Below are positions 50,401 to 60,820 of a DNA stretch of 64,000 nt, piece by piece. Source of the DNA: Roseibacillus sp. (GTDB taxonomy: Bacteria; Verrucomicrobiota; Verrucomicrobiia; Verrucomicrobiales; Akkermansiaceae); the NCBI GenBank assembly GCA_965242925.1, contig CBDEUM010000022.1, positions 1-64,000 on the forward strand. Reading direction: 5' to 3'. The notes under the pieces are model-generated. The model made no database searches. It was not told the DNA's origin and was given only the letters and a program-made list of their open reading frames with translations. The first letter of the stretch is position 1; the number at the start of each line of letters is the position of its first letter. The translations under genes and the position numbers were made by a program.

Positions 50401-51560
50401 GCGAGGCCCGTCGGGCTGACCGGGGTGTCGAAATTCACGGATGCTCCGGGGGCGGCGGTATTGAGGTCCTGGCCGGAATTGTCGCTGAGGCTGAGGTAAC
50501 TTCCGGCGGAGGGAAGTTGCACGATCGCCAGACCGGTGCCGGCACTGGTGACAGTGCAGTTGACGCCCTGCTCCTTGGAGGTCTGCACATTGAGGATCTG
50601 GCCGGCGGTGGCCTGCACAATCGTTCCGATTGCCAGCACGCCGTCGTGGCACCCGTCATCGTTCGGGTGACCCCGCACGTAATTGGTGGTGGTGGATCCT
50701 GCAACGGGCGTGCCGTCCAGCGTGAGGCGTTGGGTGTAACCAGTGCGGGCGGTGCTGGTGAAATTGGTGCTGAGAAGGGAGGTGTTGCCCATCACGAGGT
50801 AGCGGCCACCCTGGTTGAAGGTGATGTCGGTGCCAGAGCTGAGGCTCATCGCACCCGCGGAGGCCTCATCGACCTGGTCGTAGAAGACTTCCAGAAAAGT
50901 GGCGTTCCCGGCGGCGGCCTGGTCGAGAGTGTTGGAGAGGCGCAAGCAGTCCCATGTGTCCTCCAGTTTCAGGAACTGGATGCTGGTCGCGCCGCCGATG
51001 AGGTTTTTCGCGCTGCTACCGTTCTCGTCGGTGCGAGTGCCGTGCAGACGCAGGATGTCGCCGGTGGCGGCCGCTTCCACGATGGTGCCGCCCGAGACCA
51101 CGGCCTCGTTGGCGCCACTGCTGGTCCGGATGTAACCCTGCGCCCTACCGTATTTCAGATCGACCGGGGCACCTCCTCCCGCTGGTTCGAGGGTGAGGCG
51201 GGTATTGATCTCGGCGCGTTGGTCGCCACTGCTGTGATCCCACCGCGTGCTGTAGAGCACGAGGTATTTGCCCTGGCTGAGAACATGATCTGCGGAGGCG
51301 GCGAAGTCGCTGGCGGCCAGGACATCGCGGTCGAACAGGATAGCGATGTCATCGCCAGGGTTGGTGGCGAGGTTCGCGGCGTTCTGGTTGCTTCGAAGCA
51401 CGATGTCGCCGGGCGTTCCACTGATCTGGGCATTCAGGGAGGAGCAGGACAGCGCGAATACCGTTGCCGATCCTGCGGTGCAGCTAAAGAGGCGGATGAG
51501 TGAACTGAGGTTCAAGGGCATGGATTGACGTAGGTTTGATTGTTTGGCGAACGATGCCAT
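44416..51560 (-). CDS. Giant exported adhesin-like protein (about 2380 aa), paralog of 32816-39094, with one frameshift near 48383
   Basis: Track ORFs 48267-51560 and 44416-48078 join by adding one base (DTGAA-GNLADWCGTD, matching the paralog NNGAAGNLADWCGTD); the frame from 48380 to 44416 is open. Same C1q-like/cadherin/Ig/LamG/Calx-beta order with extra Ig-like and LamG modules and a DSDNDGIPDDYE tail. Start may be 51521. Confidence 0.85.
50069..51397. repeat. About 1.3-kb inverted-repeat arm (partner at 32925-34256)
   Basis: Reverse complement of the 5' block of the 32816 gene; near-identical shadow ORFs (33673-33966 versus 50359-50652) confirm it. Confidence 0.9.
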
Positions 51561-51770
51561 CTCAAGAGTCCCCGGAGTCTCGGGATCCTGCAGATCGGCA
51601 CCTTTTTAGTGTGCCCCTAACTCATCCAAAAAGATGACCCCCTGCAAGCACAGGATGTGAACAAGGTCACCCCGGAGAACACCTCTTCTGACAATCAACC
51701 TTTCAAGATTTCACAGGGATTCCAGGTTTTCCGAGAATGAATCCCCACCCATCCATCCCGAGAGCGAATT

Positions 51771-54700
51771 TCAAACCTCCTCCGCGGAAAGCCACCGAAA
51801 CTGGATCACCCGGAAGCGCCGACCGAATCTCCGGTTGGTCTCATTGACCAGCTCCGACTGTTTTCGATGGGCGGGGTCTCCCCGGTCACCGGTCGCCTGC
51901 AGATACTCCGGGACACGTTGCACCACGGCCTCACACCAGGCCCGAGCCTGGACCTCCCCCGCGGGGTCAAGGGAATCGCCGTAGGCGCGCACTACAAAGG
52001 TGTCCCCCCGGGGCGTCAGTTGCCCCCCGAAATTGCGCAGGATGTCCGCCTGATCGACATAGGCGGCACTACCATAGGCCACGGGCCCCTCAAGCGCTTC
52101 CGGGAACGCCGGATCGAGCCGCCCGATTTCCTCCTCGGAAAAGGTCCGCACGGAGTTGCGGAATCCTTCGTTGATGCGGACATCCGGGTCATCAAGGGCG
52201 GATTGGAGAGCCCCCTTGACGCTCAGGCTCCGGTTCCCGCCGTCCAGGCGCCGATTGACGAACTCCGAAAGGGAGAGGAAGGGACCACGCCGTTTGACCT
52301 GCTTCACCATCGCCCGGGCAAGTTCCTCGATCTCTCCGTCCGTCAGCGAACGCCAGGCGATCCACTGTTCCACTTCGATCGGGTCTGCAGAGCTGCCCTC
52401 GTAGGCAGTTCCGTTGGCCATGCTGCCCGGAGCGACCGGCAGGCCCTCGGCCGTTTCGGCCCGGATGGGCACACCTTGTCCGAGCGATTCCTCCAGCGCA
52501 AGGGTCGCCACCGCTTTGCCCCGCAGGCTGGAGAAAAGTGCCCGCCAGGCATCCACCGAGGTCGAGTTCACATTGAAGGGTCCCTCCACGAGCAGGTGGG
52601 AGGCCATCGATTCCGCACGCTCCAGAGCGGCATCACCCGGTCCGAAAAGCTCGCCCAGAAGATTCTCGGTGATCCCGCGGCGATAAGGAACGAGACGCCG
52701 GTTGGGGAGCTCCTTGTCTTCGAAGAAGGCTCGATGGGCCACCTCCTCTGCCGAGAACTTCCGGTCCCCCTCGTAAATCTCGACCAGGTGCGGGGCAATG
52801 GAGGAGAAAAAGTAATCGTCCCAGAGCGCCTTGTTCGCGAGATAAGAATGATCAACCATTGGAATGTTTCTCGGTCCGTTCGCCTGGGTGTAGTGACGGG
52901 TCCACGAACCCACCGCTTCCTCCGCCCCCAGGTAGGGGTGGGCATAGGAATTCCCGATGGCCTGGACCATCTGCGGGAACAGCCCGTTCGCTCCGGTGGC
53001 GGTGGTGAACTGGTAACTGACGCGCGTCTCTCCCGCCCCGGGACCAAGGTGGTCGTTGGCCAGACTGTAACCCCCGAGTCGCGCGTGACTGAGGGAGGCG
53101 ATCGAATGAAGGGGCGTGAGAGGCACCTCCTGCTGGACCAGGTGCGTGGTGCCATACTCGGCGGAGTAGCCGCCACCGTAGTAGGAATTGACATTGTTGG
53201 GATCCACCTGCACGGCCGCTTCGAGAACGGAATTGATATCCTGCACCCACCAGTTCCAGCCATGGTGGTAAAATGAGTCATGATCCTCGCGATCCACGAA
53301 GGGGCACGCGACAATGGGGGTGGAGTGGAGGAAGGGCCGGGAGGCGAAACGACGTCCGTGTGCGTCACCGGTGGTAGCATGATAGACCTCGCAACCCGCG
53401 GTCAGGCTCACCAGCAGGAAGGGGCGGGTCTGACCGATGATCTCGCGGCCCGGAATGGGAGGGAACTCGATTTCGTCCCGTTCCCCGGGAAAGCCCTTTC
53501 TCATCAATTCCCGGTGGAAGTCGATCGCGGCCTCGCTTTCCCTTCCGCCCGGCCCCTTTTCATGCATCCGGGATATCATCTGGAATTGACGCCGCATCCA
53601 CCTGTTGTCGCCCGGCCCACCCTCACCCTGCCTTACAACGCTGGACTGGCGAAAAAGAACTGGAGGGCTGCTCCATTGGCCAGGTCGGGGTTTTCGGCGG
53701 CTGAGATACTGAAGGAGATCTGGTCATTGGCATCAAAGCTGAGAGCCCCGCCGATCCCGTCGTCATTGCGTCCACCTGGTCCCTGTCGTTCCTGCTCAAC
53801 GTGGGCCCGGTTGCCATTTCGATCAGAGCGTGGGAGTTCCAGCCATTTGTTGGGATCCCACCCGGCTTCCACTTCACGAATCGGGCGGTACTGGTTGGTG
53901 TCCTCGATCAGGGCGCCTTCCGCCGGTCCGCTGGTCTGCTGCAACGAGAAAACCCGCACTTCCCCCGGGGCGAAGACGATAGGATTCTGTCCCCCCACGA
54001 ACAACTCGAAGCCCGTGTGACGGTCCCCACCACCGGTGCGGAAAACCCCCGCCCCGTAGCGATCGCGGTTGGTGATCCACGATAGCGAGGTGGGCCGCTG
54101 CGATTCATAGGATCCGTTCGCACCCACTTTTTTCCAGCGCAGGGCAATGGGCAGGTTGAAAAAGCGGATCTGGGTCGCGCGATCCGGCCCATGGTTCAGC
54201 ACGAGCGGCACGTTGTAGGGATTCCAGAGCGTGACCGCGGGGGTGATGCCGATGTGGACCTTGTAGCGACTCTGATTCGGATCCGTCCGCGGAGGACGCT
54301 GGCGCTGCTTACCGATGTAGCTCAGCAGAAACTGGATCTTCACCGGAACGGGCATGCGGTAGAGATTGGTGTATTCCCTCTTGAACCGGGATCCGGGGGT
54401 GAAGTCGGGATTGTTGACCTGGAGACGGTCCCGCCCGAGAGGATTACGCGCCTTCTGGCCCTGGTAGTCGACCTGCTCGCGATACAGCTGGTAGTAGGCC
54501 GCGAGATCCTGCAGGGGAACCCGATCGGAATTGCGGCCGAAGCGGTAGAGCATGAAATCGTTGCGCTGCTCGCGAAGCTCGATCGGTCGCTCGAGAAGCG
54601 CATTGAGGTCGCGTTTCAATCCCCCTTCCCGCACGTCAGCCAGCACCCCGTATGAATAGGGCGTGACATCGTGAAAGGTGCCCCGCACACGCTGCAAGTC

Positions 54701-55633
54701 ACCGGAAGGTAATTCCAGAGACCGACGGGTATGAATCCGGCGCAGAACCCCGGAGTCGTTGAGCCCCTCGAAGGCCTCAAGAACGTCATGGCCAGTCGAT
54801 CCGGCACTCATGGCACGGGCGAGCAACTCGTCCTTGCGAAGTTCCTCCCCGGAATCGAAGGCATCCGGGAGAATACGTGCCTTGGTTGATTCATCAGCGA
54901 CCCACCATGCATAGCGCCCGGCAGGATTCGCACCGGGACCGGGTTGGGAACCAATCCCCAGCAGAGCGCCGGACACCAGTTCCGAGTCCTGTGCAGCCGC
55001 GCCATAGGTGCCACGCCCCATCAGGAGGACCCCTTCACTGTCCTTGCCCGGGAAGCGTTCCCCTTTGAGGGGCAGGTTGCGGGCACTGTCGAGGGAGCGC
55101 CGCTGCTCCCTATTCATCGAAACGAGCCACGACCGGAAGTGGTCCCTGCGCTTCTCCTCGTAGGCCGGGGCCAGTCCCCGGTTCGCCGCCCCGGCGATCG
55201 TGCGATGCTCGCTGGGTTCGTCGCCTCCAAAACTCCGCCCTCCCGCAGCCCAGGCGTCCCACACTCCGGTCCAGTGCGGGTGAGCCACATCCTCGTCATC
55301 AGAGGTTTCCACCGAATCGTCCAGGATCGCGGCCGTAGCGGAGATGCGCTGGTCCGGTCCCAACTGCCGTTGCAATTCGCCCAGGGCCAGCATCAACGCG
55401 AGGCGCGCATTGGCGCGGGCCTCGGTTTGTGCATCAAGGAGCGTATTGGACCGCAGGGTGACCGTGGACAAGCTGAGAAGGCCCAGCGCGATCAGGACCA
55501 GCAGGGTCAGAATCATCACGGTAGTGATGAGCGAAAACCCCGGTTTGCCGGAGGCCTCTCCGATGGGTGCCAACCCTGCAGTGCATCGAACCATGGGTGT
55601 AAATACTGCGCTGCGCCCTGCGAGCGCATTCAC
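51771..55633 (-). CDS. Verru_Chthon cassette protein A-like giant PilX/GspK-type pilin-like protein, one frameshift near 53652
   Basis: Prepilin-like PG-FSLITTVMILTLLVLIALGLLSLS, ARANARLALMLALGELQRQLGPDQRISATA, YAWWVADESTKA, GVLADVREGGLKRDL; C-terminal RRGPFLSLSEFVNRRL, QADIL, RGDTFVVRAYG, RFGRRF..FRWL. Adding one base joins the two track ORFs (about 1287 aa). Start uncertain (55633 or 55594). Confidence 0.85.
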
Positions 55634-55783
55634 ACTAATTGGTTACCCCGCGTAATGACATTGTCAATGCGAATGTGGCGGGCTTCGACTGGCTTCTGTG
55701 ACGGTTTTGTGTCCGGAATCGGCACGGAAAAGAGATTCCCTGCCCGGCATTGACGCGGAGAAGAAGAAGAGGCCAAATGCGGC

Positions 55784-56498
55784 ATGGTCTTCGGTGGGAA
55801 GAGTTTCACAAGAGTGGTTTTAGCCACCACCCTGCTCGGAGCAGGCATAGTGACCCCGCGGGTCCAGGCCCAGGAAGTGGCGATTACCTGCCTCTCCTTT
55901 CCGAAGCGGACCCCGGCCTCCATCGAGTTGCTGGTGGGTCCTGGGAAGACGGTGCCGATCAACCTCCAGAGCCACACCCTCACTGACCCTCTGAAAGTTC
56001 CTCGCCTCGCGGTCTGGAAGTTCGGCAAGAGTGGCACCAACGCGGCAGGAGAGTTCCGTTTCAAATCCTACGGGCAGATCAGGCCGGGAACTGCCAGGAA
56101 GCAACTCCTTCTCTTCGTCCATAAGGGCGCCTCCCCATCGGATGGCTTGAACATTCTTGCCCTCAACGACGACAAGACAGCCTTCGGGGCCTCCCAAATG
56201 CTCTTCGTCAACCTCGCTCGCGAACCGGTGGCCGGACTGGTGGGTGGGAAGCAGTTTCGTCTCGATTCCGGCAAGCATATTATCATCAAGCCCAAGGCCG
56301 ACCGGGGGAAAGAATCTCTGTTTTGCCTCTCTCAAGTACTTGCGTGCCAATAAGTGGCGCACCTTCTTCTCCACCAACTGGCCTACCCTGACCACGGCTC
56401 GGGGCCTGGTCTTCCTTTACAACGACCCCGGCTCCAGGTCCGTCAAACTTCACTCGGTTGTTGATTCCCTCGTCCGCGTCCCCCCACCCGGGGAGTGA
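55784..56498 (+). CDS. Exported hypothetical protein, one frameshift near 56309
   Basis: Signal peptide; MLFVNLAREPVAGLVGG; removing one A joins KPKADRG-KNLCFASLKY..WRTFFSTNWP..GLVFLY (237 aa). Confidence 0.7.
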
Positions 56499-56566
56499 CG
56501 GGAAGAACCCGGGGGGCGAGCGGGCTCGATTGACAAACCGTGACCTGCCGTCAAGGATGCTGCTTC

Positions 56567-57286
56567 ATGAAAGCGCTCACGAACTCCCTTCTGTCCGCAC
56601 TCCTTGCTCTGCTCACCCTCTGCCCGGCCTTTGCCGAGCACCACGAGAACATCAAGGTCCTCTACATGGGTGGCCGCGGGCATGACTCGAAGGGCTACGA
56701 GAAATTCCTGACCGGATTTCTCGCCCGGCAGGGCGGATTCGACCTTGTCATCAGCAACAAGCTGGATGACCTCAGGGCGGAAACGATCGGGAAATACGAC
56801 GTGGTTTTCTTCTTTGGTTCGGGAGGAGACTTCACCGATCCGGCCCAGGAAAAGGGGTTTGAGAGCTATATAAGCAATGGCGGCGGAGTGGTCGGGATCC
56901 ATGCCACCGACGCCTTCAAGAAATCAGACGTCTACTGGAAGATCTTCGGCGGACAGTTCATTGGCCACGGCGGCGGCACATTCCCGATCGAGTTCACTGA
57001 CACCAAGCATCCTATCACCAGGGGGATGAAGGGCTTTGAGATTTCAGACGAATCCTATCGCGACAAATTCCACCCTGCCACCATCGACAAGCTGCACCAC
57101 CTTGGACGTATCAACCGTGGCAACGAGAAACACTCCATGATCTGGATCCACGAGTACGGCAAGGGCCGCCTCTTCAACACCGGCTTGGGACACGACCAGA
57201 AAGCCTGGGACAACCCCGCCCTGCAGAAGCTCACCCTGCGGGCCCTCTACTGGGTCGTGCGGAAACCTGTCAAGGATCCCAGGTAG
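56567..57286 (+). CDS. ThuA-like (class I glutamine amidotransferase-like fold) exported protein
   Basis: Signal peptide; GGRGHD, NGGGVVGIHA, FGGQFIGH, HPITRG..DESY, YGKGRLFNTGLGHD. Confidence 0.9.
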   Translation: MKALTNSLLSALLALLTLCPAFAEHHENIKVLYMGGRGHDSKGYEKFLTGFLARQGGFDLVISNKLDDLRAETIGKYDVVFFFGSGGDFTDPAQEKGFESYISNGGGVVGIHATDAFKKSDVYWKIFGGQFIGHGGGTFPIEFTDTKHPITRGMKGFEISDESYRDKFHPATIDKLHHLGRINRGNEKHSMIWIHEYGKGRLFNTGLGHDQKAWDNPALQKLTLRALYWVVRKPVKDPR

Positions 57287-57298
57287 CCGGATGCGCGT

Positions 57299-58404
57299 CT
57301 ACTTCCCGATCCTCTCCCTCCAGGCCGGGTAGTCGACCTTCAGGAGTCGTGCGGGCCACCTGCCCCCGATCCACCCGTGACCGACCCGGTGGGAGTGACT
57401 CAGTTCTGCGAGGGTGTATTTCACGACCCCCTGTTCGATGAAGAGGGGCCTGTTGGTTCCGATTTCGTGATAACGCGCCCAGATCGGATCCGCCTCTGCA
57501 TCCTCCACCACCCGTCGGTCCCTGCCGCCCGGAAGCGAATCATCCTGCACGGTCACCACGCGTACTCCCTTGATGCTGGCCCGTTCAAACCAGCTCACCG
57601 CACCTTCCACTGCCCTGACCACACCGGGTGACGGACGCTCGATCGACATCAGGAACCGCACCACGTCCACGCTCTCGGCCCCGGAAATGGAAGGGAGTTC
57701 CGAGATCCTCCCCTGTGCGGGAGCGAGGGTCCGCTCATCGTGTTGCTGGCACCAGGCCGTCTTTCTTCCTTTCACCTCGATCTGGCACTTGAGGACACAT
57801 GCGATGCCCTTCGCAACCGCCTGTTTGCATTCTGCCCGGAGTTCCTCGTCGACCAGGTCCATGGAAGCCCGGCCATCCGCCACCTCATGAAGAACCGAGA
57901 GGGCTCCGGTCATGGCCCCGTCGTTAAAGGTGATACGGCTGGAGTAGCCCGGCCTGAGAGGGTAAAACTGGGCCCACCCCCCACTTGGATACTGCGCCTT
58001 CAGCAGGTAGCGGACGCCCCTTGGCAAAACCCTCCCGGAACCGGGCCTCCCCGGTGGCGCCGTGAACCGCCGCCAGGTAGCGCATTTCCGTGTGGGTCGC
58101 CCCGTTATCAAGGGTGCAGGGAAACGTTCGCTTCCGGAGCGCCTCCCTGTGGGCCTTGCGCTGTTCTTCGGTAAGATCCTCGGTGGCGGCGTGACCCGAG
58201 GGATGCACGCTGGCGTCGTTCTTGTACCACCCGCCGATCCCGGACTGATAGTAGAGCACGTTGTCGGCAATCCGGATCGCCTCTTCCGTTTCATACCACG
58301 CGGCCTCCTGCACCTGGCACTCGCGCCAGGTGCGACTCCACGACGGCGACGCACCCAGAGCAACCATCAGGACCACCCCGAGCCCCCATCTACCCGGAGA
58401 GCAT
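57299..58404 (-). CDS. pelA: Pectate lyase, PelA/PL10 family, with probable frameshifts near 58018 and 58394
   Basis: ADNVLYYQ..GGWYKN, TLDNGATHTE, (shift) GVRYLLKAQYPSGGWAQFYP, ITFNDGAM, WCQQHDE..PAQGRISELPS, WARYHEI. Removing two bases gives MLSGRWGLGVVLMVALGASPSWS... (367 aa). Confidence 0.88.
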
Positions 58405-58413
58405 CCGCGGCGC

Positions 58414-59214
58414 TCAATCCCGCTTCTGCGAGAACATCCAGTCATACATCTCCGTGGTGGAAAACACGATCCGGCCAGCCCCGTGCCCTTCGTCCGCGTA
58501 AACCTTGAGTCTGGCCAACTTCCCCCCGACCTTCCTGATGGCGGCGATCATCCGCTCGGAACGTTCGGCCGGGACTACCCGGTCCCTGGCACCGGCAAAG
58601 GCGTAGACGGGAACCCGGGCCAGATTGGCGGCCCACTTGGCGAGATCCTCCGTGACGGCCTTCGGTCCTCCCCGGCCGATTCCACCCACCACCGGAGCGA
58701 TGGCGGCAAAGTGCTCCGGACGGTGACCGCCCCAGACCCAGCAACCGTAGCCTCCCATGCTGTTTCCGGTCAGGTAGATCCTCTTCTCGTCGACTGGCAG
58801 CGTCGCCTTCACGTGCTCAAGGAAGACATCGAGATCTTCCGGGGTCCAGGTCCCCCTGCCTGCCGGTGTGACCCTGAGGCATTGCGGAGCCACCACCAGG
58901 CAGGGCCCCTTCCGGAACTTCCGGATTCCGCTCACTACCCGACGGGCCTGCCCCCTGATCTTCCCCAGATCATTTCCCACTCCGCCAGCGCCATGAAGAT
59001 AGATCAACACCGGAAGTTTACTGCCTTTCTTCGCCTCCGCCGGGAACAGGAGAAACTCCGGGTTGAGATAAGTCGTCTTGCCCCCCACTTCCTTCCCCAC
59101 GGTTTTGACAACCGGGTTCTCCTTTTGTCCCCAGACGGGAGCCATCCCGCCCAGGAGAAGAAGGAGGATGCCCCGTCCAATGGCGGCACGACGAAGAAGA
59201 CAGAAACGATTCAT
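58414..59214 (-). CDS. Exported alpha/beta-hydrolase (predicted peptidase/carboxylesterase, dienelactone hydrolase-like)
   Basis: LPVLIYLHGAGG, VVAPQC, VDEKRIYLTGNSMGGYG (GxSxG), FAGARDRVVP, GH; start re-placed at ATG 59214. Confidence 0.9.
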   Translation of the reverse strand: MNRFCLLRRAAIGRGILLLLLGGMAPVWGQKENPVVKTVGKEVGGKTTYLNPEFLLFPAEAKKGSKLPVLIYLHGAGGVGNDLGKIRGQARRVVSGIRKFRKGPCLVVAPQCLRVTPAGRGTWTPEDLDVFLEHVKATLPVDEKRIYLTGNSMGGYGCWVWGGHRPEHFAAIAPVVGGIGRGGPKAVTEDLAKWAANLARVPVYAFAGARDRVVPAERSERMIAAIRKVGGKLARLKVYADEGHGAGRIVFSTTEMYDWMFSQKRD

Positions 59215-59403
59215 GGAGGCGCAAAGGATAGACTCGAAGGGTAGGCGTGACAGATCTTTCTCAATCAATTCCGTGAACGTGTAAGCGTATGAAGATAGCG
59301 TCAAAAGGAATTAGCGCATGGTGAGGCGGCATGGGAACCCCGTCACCCGGTTCCCCCCTCCAGCAATCCATCGACGCGCCGGCGATGAGTGGACACTCCG
59401 CCC

Positions 59404-59700
59404 CTACGCCGCGTTGCACGCACAAAGGAGCTCCGCGCAACCACATTGGCTGCACAGCCCGAAACGACCACAGTTCGGCGAAAGTCCACAGAGCATGCGG
59501 TTGAGCTTGCAGTGACAACTCATACATCCGCTCCCTGCTTTTGTCCGCAGGCTGATTTCCTCAAGGGAGGCCGCCCCGATCTCGTCGATGGCAACATGCA
59601 GTTCAGCTTCAGTGACCTGGTGGCAGTGACACACGATCTCTCCTCCCAGACACACGGAAGAGTTCCTCGTTTCTGCAGGTCGCACCTTTGCCGAAATCAT
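59404..59700 (-). CDS. BFD-like [2Fe-2S] protein with a Cys-rich C-terminal extension
   Basis: IVCHCHQVT....I.......EI...TKAGSGCMSC BFD motif; tail CGLSPNCGRFGLCSQCGCAELLCAC. Confidence 0.82.
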   Translation of the reverse strand: MISAKVRPAETRNSSVCLGGEIVCHCHQVTEAELHVAIDEIGAASLEEISLRTKAGSGCMSCHCKLNRMLCGLSPNCGRFGLCSQCGCAELLCACNAA

Positions 59701-59772
59701 TTGATCAGTTTTTTGATCGTTACTCTCTAGGAAATACGATGGCTCGGAGGCATTTCAACCACGTTATTGCTA

Positions 59773-59789
59773 TTGAGACTTATTCTCAA
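59773..59789. promoter_or_regulatory. Fur-box-like inverted repeat upstream of the BFD-like gene
   Basis: TTGAGA-CTTAT-TCTCAA in an AT-rich island about 73 bp upstream of the start; bfd genes are commonly Fur-repressed. Confidence 0.6.
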
Positions 59790-59831
59790 GGAAAAATGCT
59801 GGCCTGACTTGCCTCCTGGCAACCTCACTTC

Positions 59832-60422
59832 TCACCTCCGACGTCTTCCCCCGACGATCAGGAGGGCGCCACAACCAACAAGCCCGCCCACGGCAGGCTC
59901 CGGCACAACCTGAATGGAGAGAGAATAATCGACCACAGTCGGGTTCGTCTCCTGCAGCCAGAACGCGTGCTGGCCCGCGGCCAGGGAATCCCGGCCCAGA
60001 TCAGGCAGCAGATTCAGGCCCACCTCGAAAAACAGGGCCCAGGCATCGATATCATCGAACCCTTGCCCTGCGAAATCAGACCCGGAGCGATATCCTAGAA
60101 AAGATCCCCCTCCCGGATTTCCATCAACAAAGGAGTAGGTCTGGACCGAAATCGAGACGATCTCCAGCCCGTCTGGAACCATGAGGGACAGATAGTCCGC
60201 ATCACCTCCGTCGGTTGCTCCAGTATCGCCGGTATCCCCAATACTGCCAGAGAAGGTATGTTCCCCGGGGGTGACGACGAGAGCCTGCGGCGAATTGAAA
60301 TCTCCGGGCAAATCGCCATCCTCCCCTTCGTTCCAGAGGATTGCCCCCTTCACGGATGGCGATCCGATCATGCAGAGGGAAAGGGCCAGGGCTGCGGGGG
60401 CGAGGAGTAGTCTTGGGGTCAT
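59832..60422 (-). CDS. PEP-CTERM sorting-domain surface protein
   Basis: Signal peptide; WNEGEDGDL...DADYLSL; C-terminal VPEPAVGGLVGCGALLIVGGRRRR. Confidence 0.88.
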   Translation of the reverse strand: MTPRLLLAPAALALSLCMIGSPSVKGAILWNEGEDGDLPGDFNSPQALVVTPGEHTFSGSIGDTGDTGATDGGDADYLSLMVPDGLEIVSISVQTYSFVDGNPGGGSFLGYRSGSDFAGQGFDDIDAWALFFEVGLNLLPDLGRDSLAAGQHAFWLQETNPTVVDYSLSIQVVPEPAVGGLVGCGALLIVGGRRRR

Positions 60423-60820
60423 TTCCAGGCTCAGCGTTGAAGGCTGGATGCACAGGTTCCCCGCCGACGGCGAAAAATAGCAGAGTGCCCCTGGGCGCGC
60501 TAACCGTTTCTTTTTTCAGTCCGAGGTCACTACTCCCGTCCCCGGGCGGGTAAATTGGGAAGCGCTACTCCTTCCGGGCTACCCAGCGGGAAACCCGGGG
60601 CGCTGCCTGCTGGGTAAGACGCATCCCGGCTTGAATACTTTCCAGAAATACAACGAGCCCCTCCCGGTCCATCCCACTGGTGTTACGGAATGCTTCGCCG
60701 CCATGCCAGAAAACGGCCGCTTTGACTTCACTCGCTCCCGCTCCGGGTTTGGCGAGGGACTCGCGCAGAACCTGCCGCTGTAAGGTTGACTCAGTCACAA
60801 GCGAAGGATACTCAAGGGCC

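Noticed and set aside
32925..51397. Diversity-generating retroelement (template/variable repeat) explanation for the duplicated block
   Set aside because: No reverse transcriptase in the window, the repeat is 1.3 kb and N-terminal, and the differences I checked are largely third-position changes, not adenine-specific.
53640..53660. Programmed ribosomal frameshifting or phase-variable tracts at the indel sites
   Set aside because: Runs are short (2-5 nt), no canonical slippery heptamer with a downstream structure was seen, and indels are spread across unrelated genes, which fits consensus errors better.
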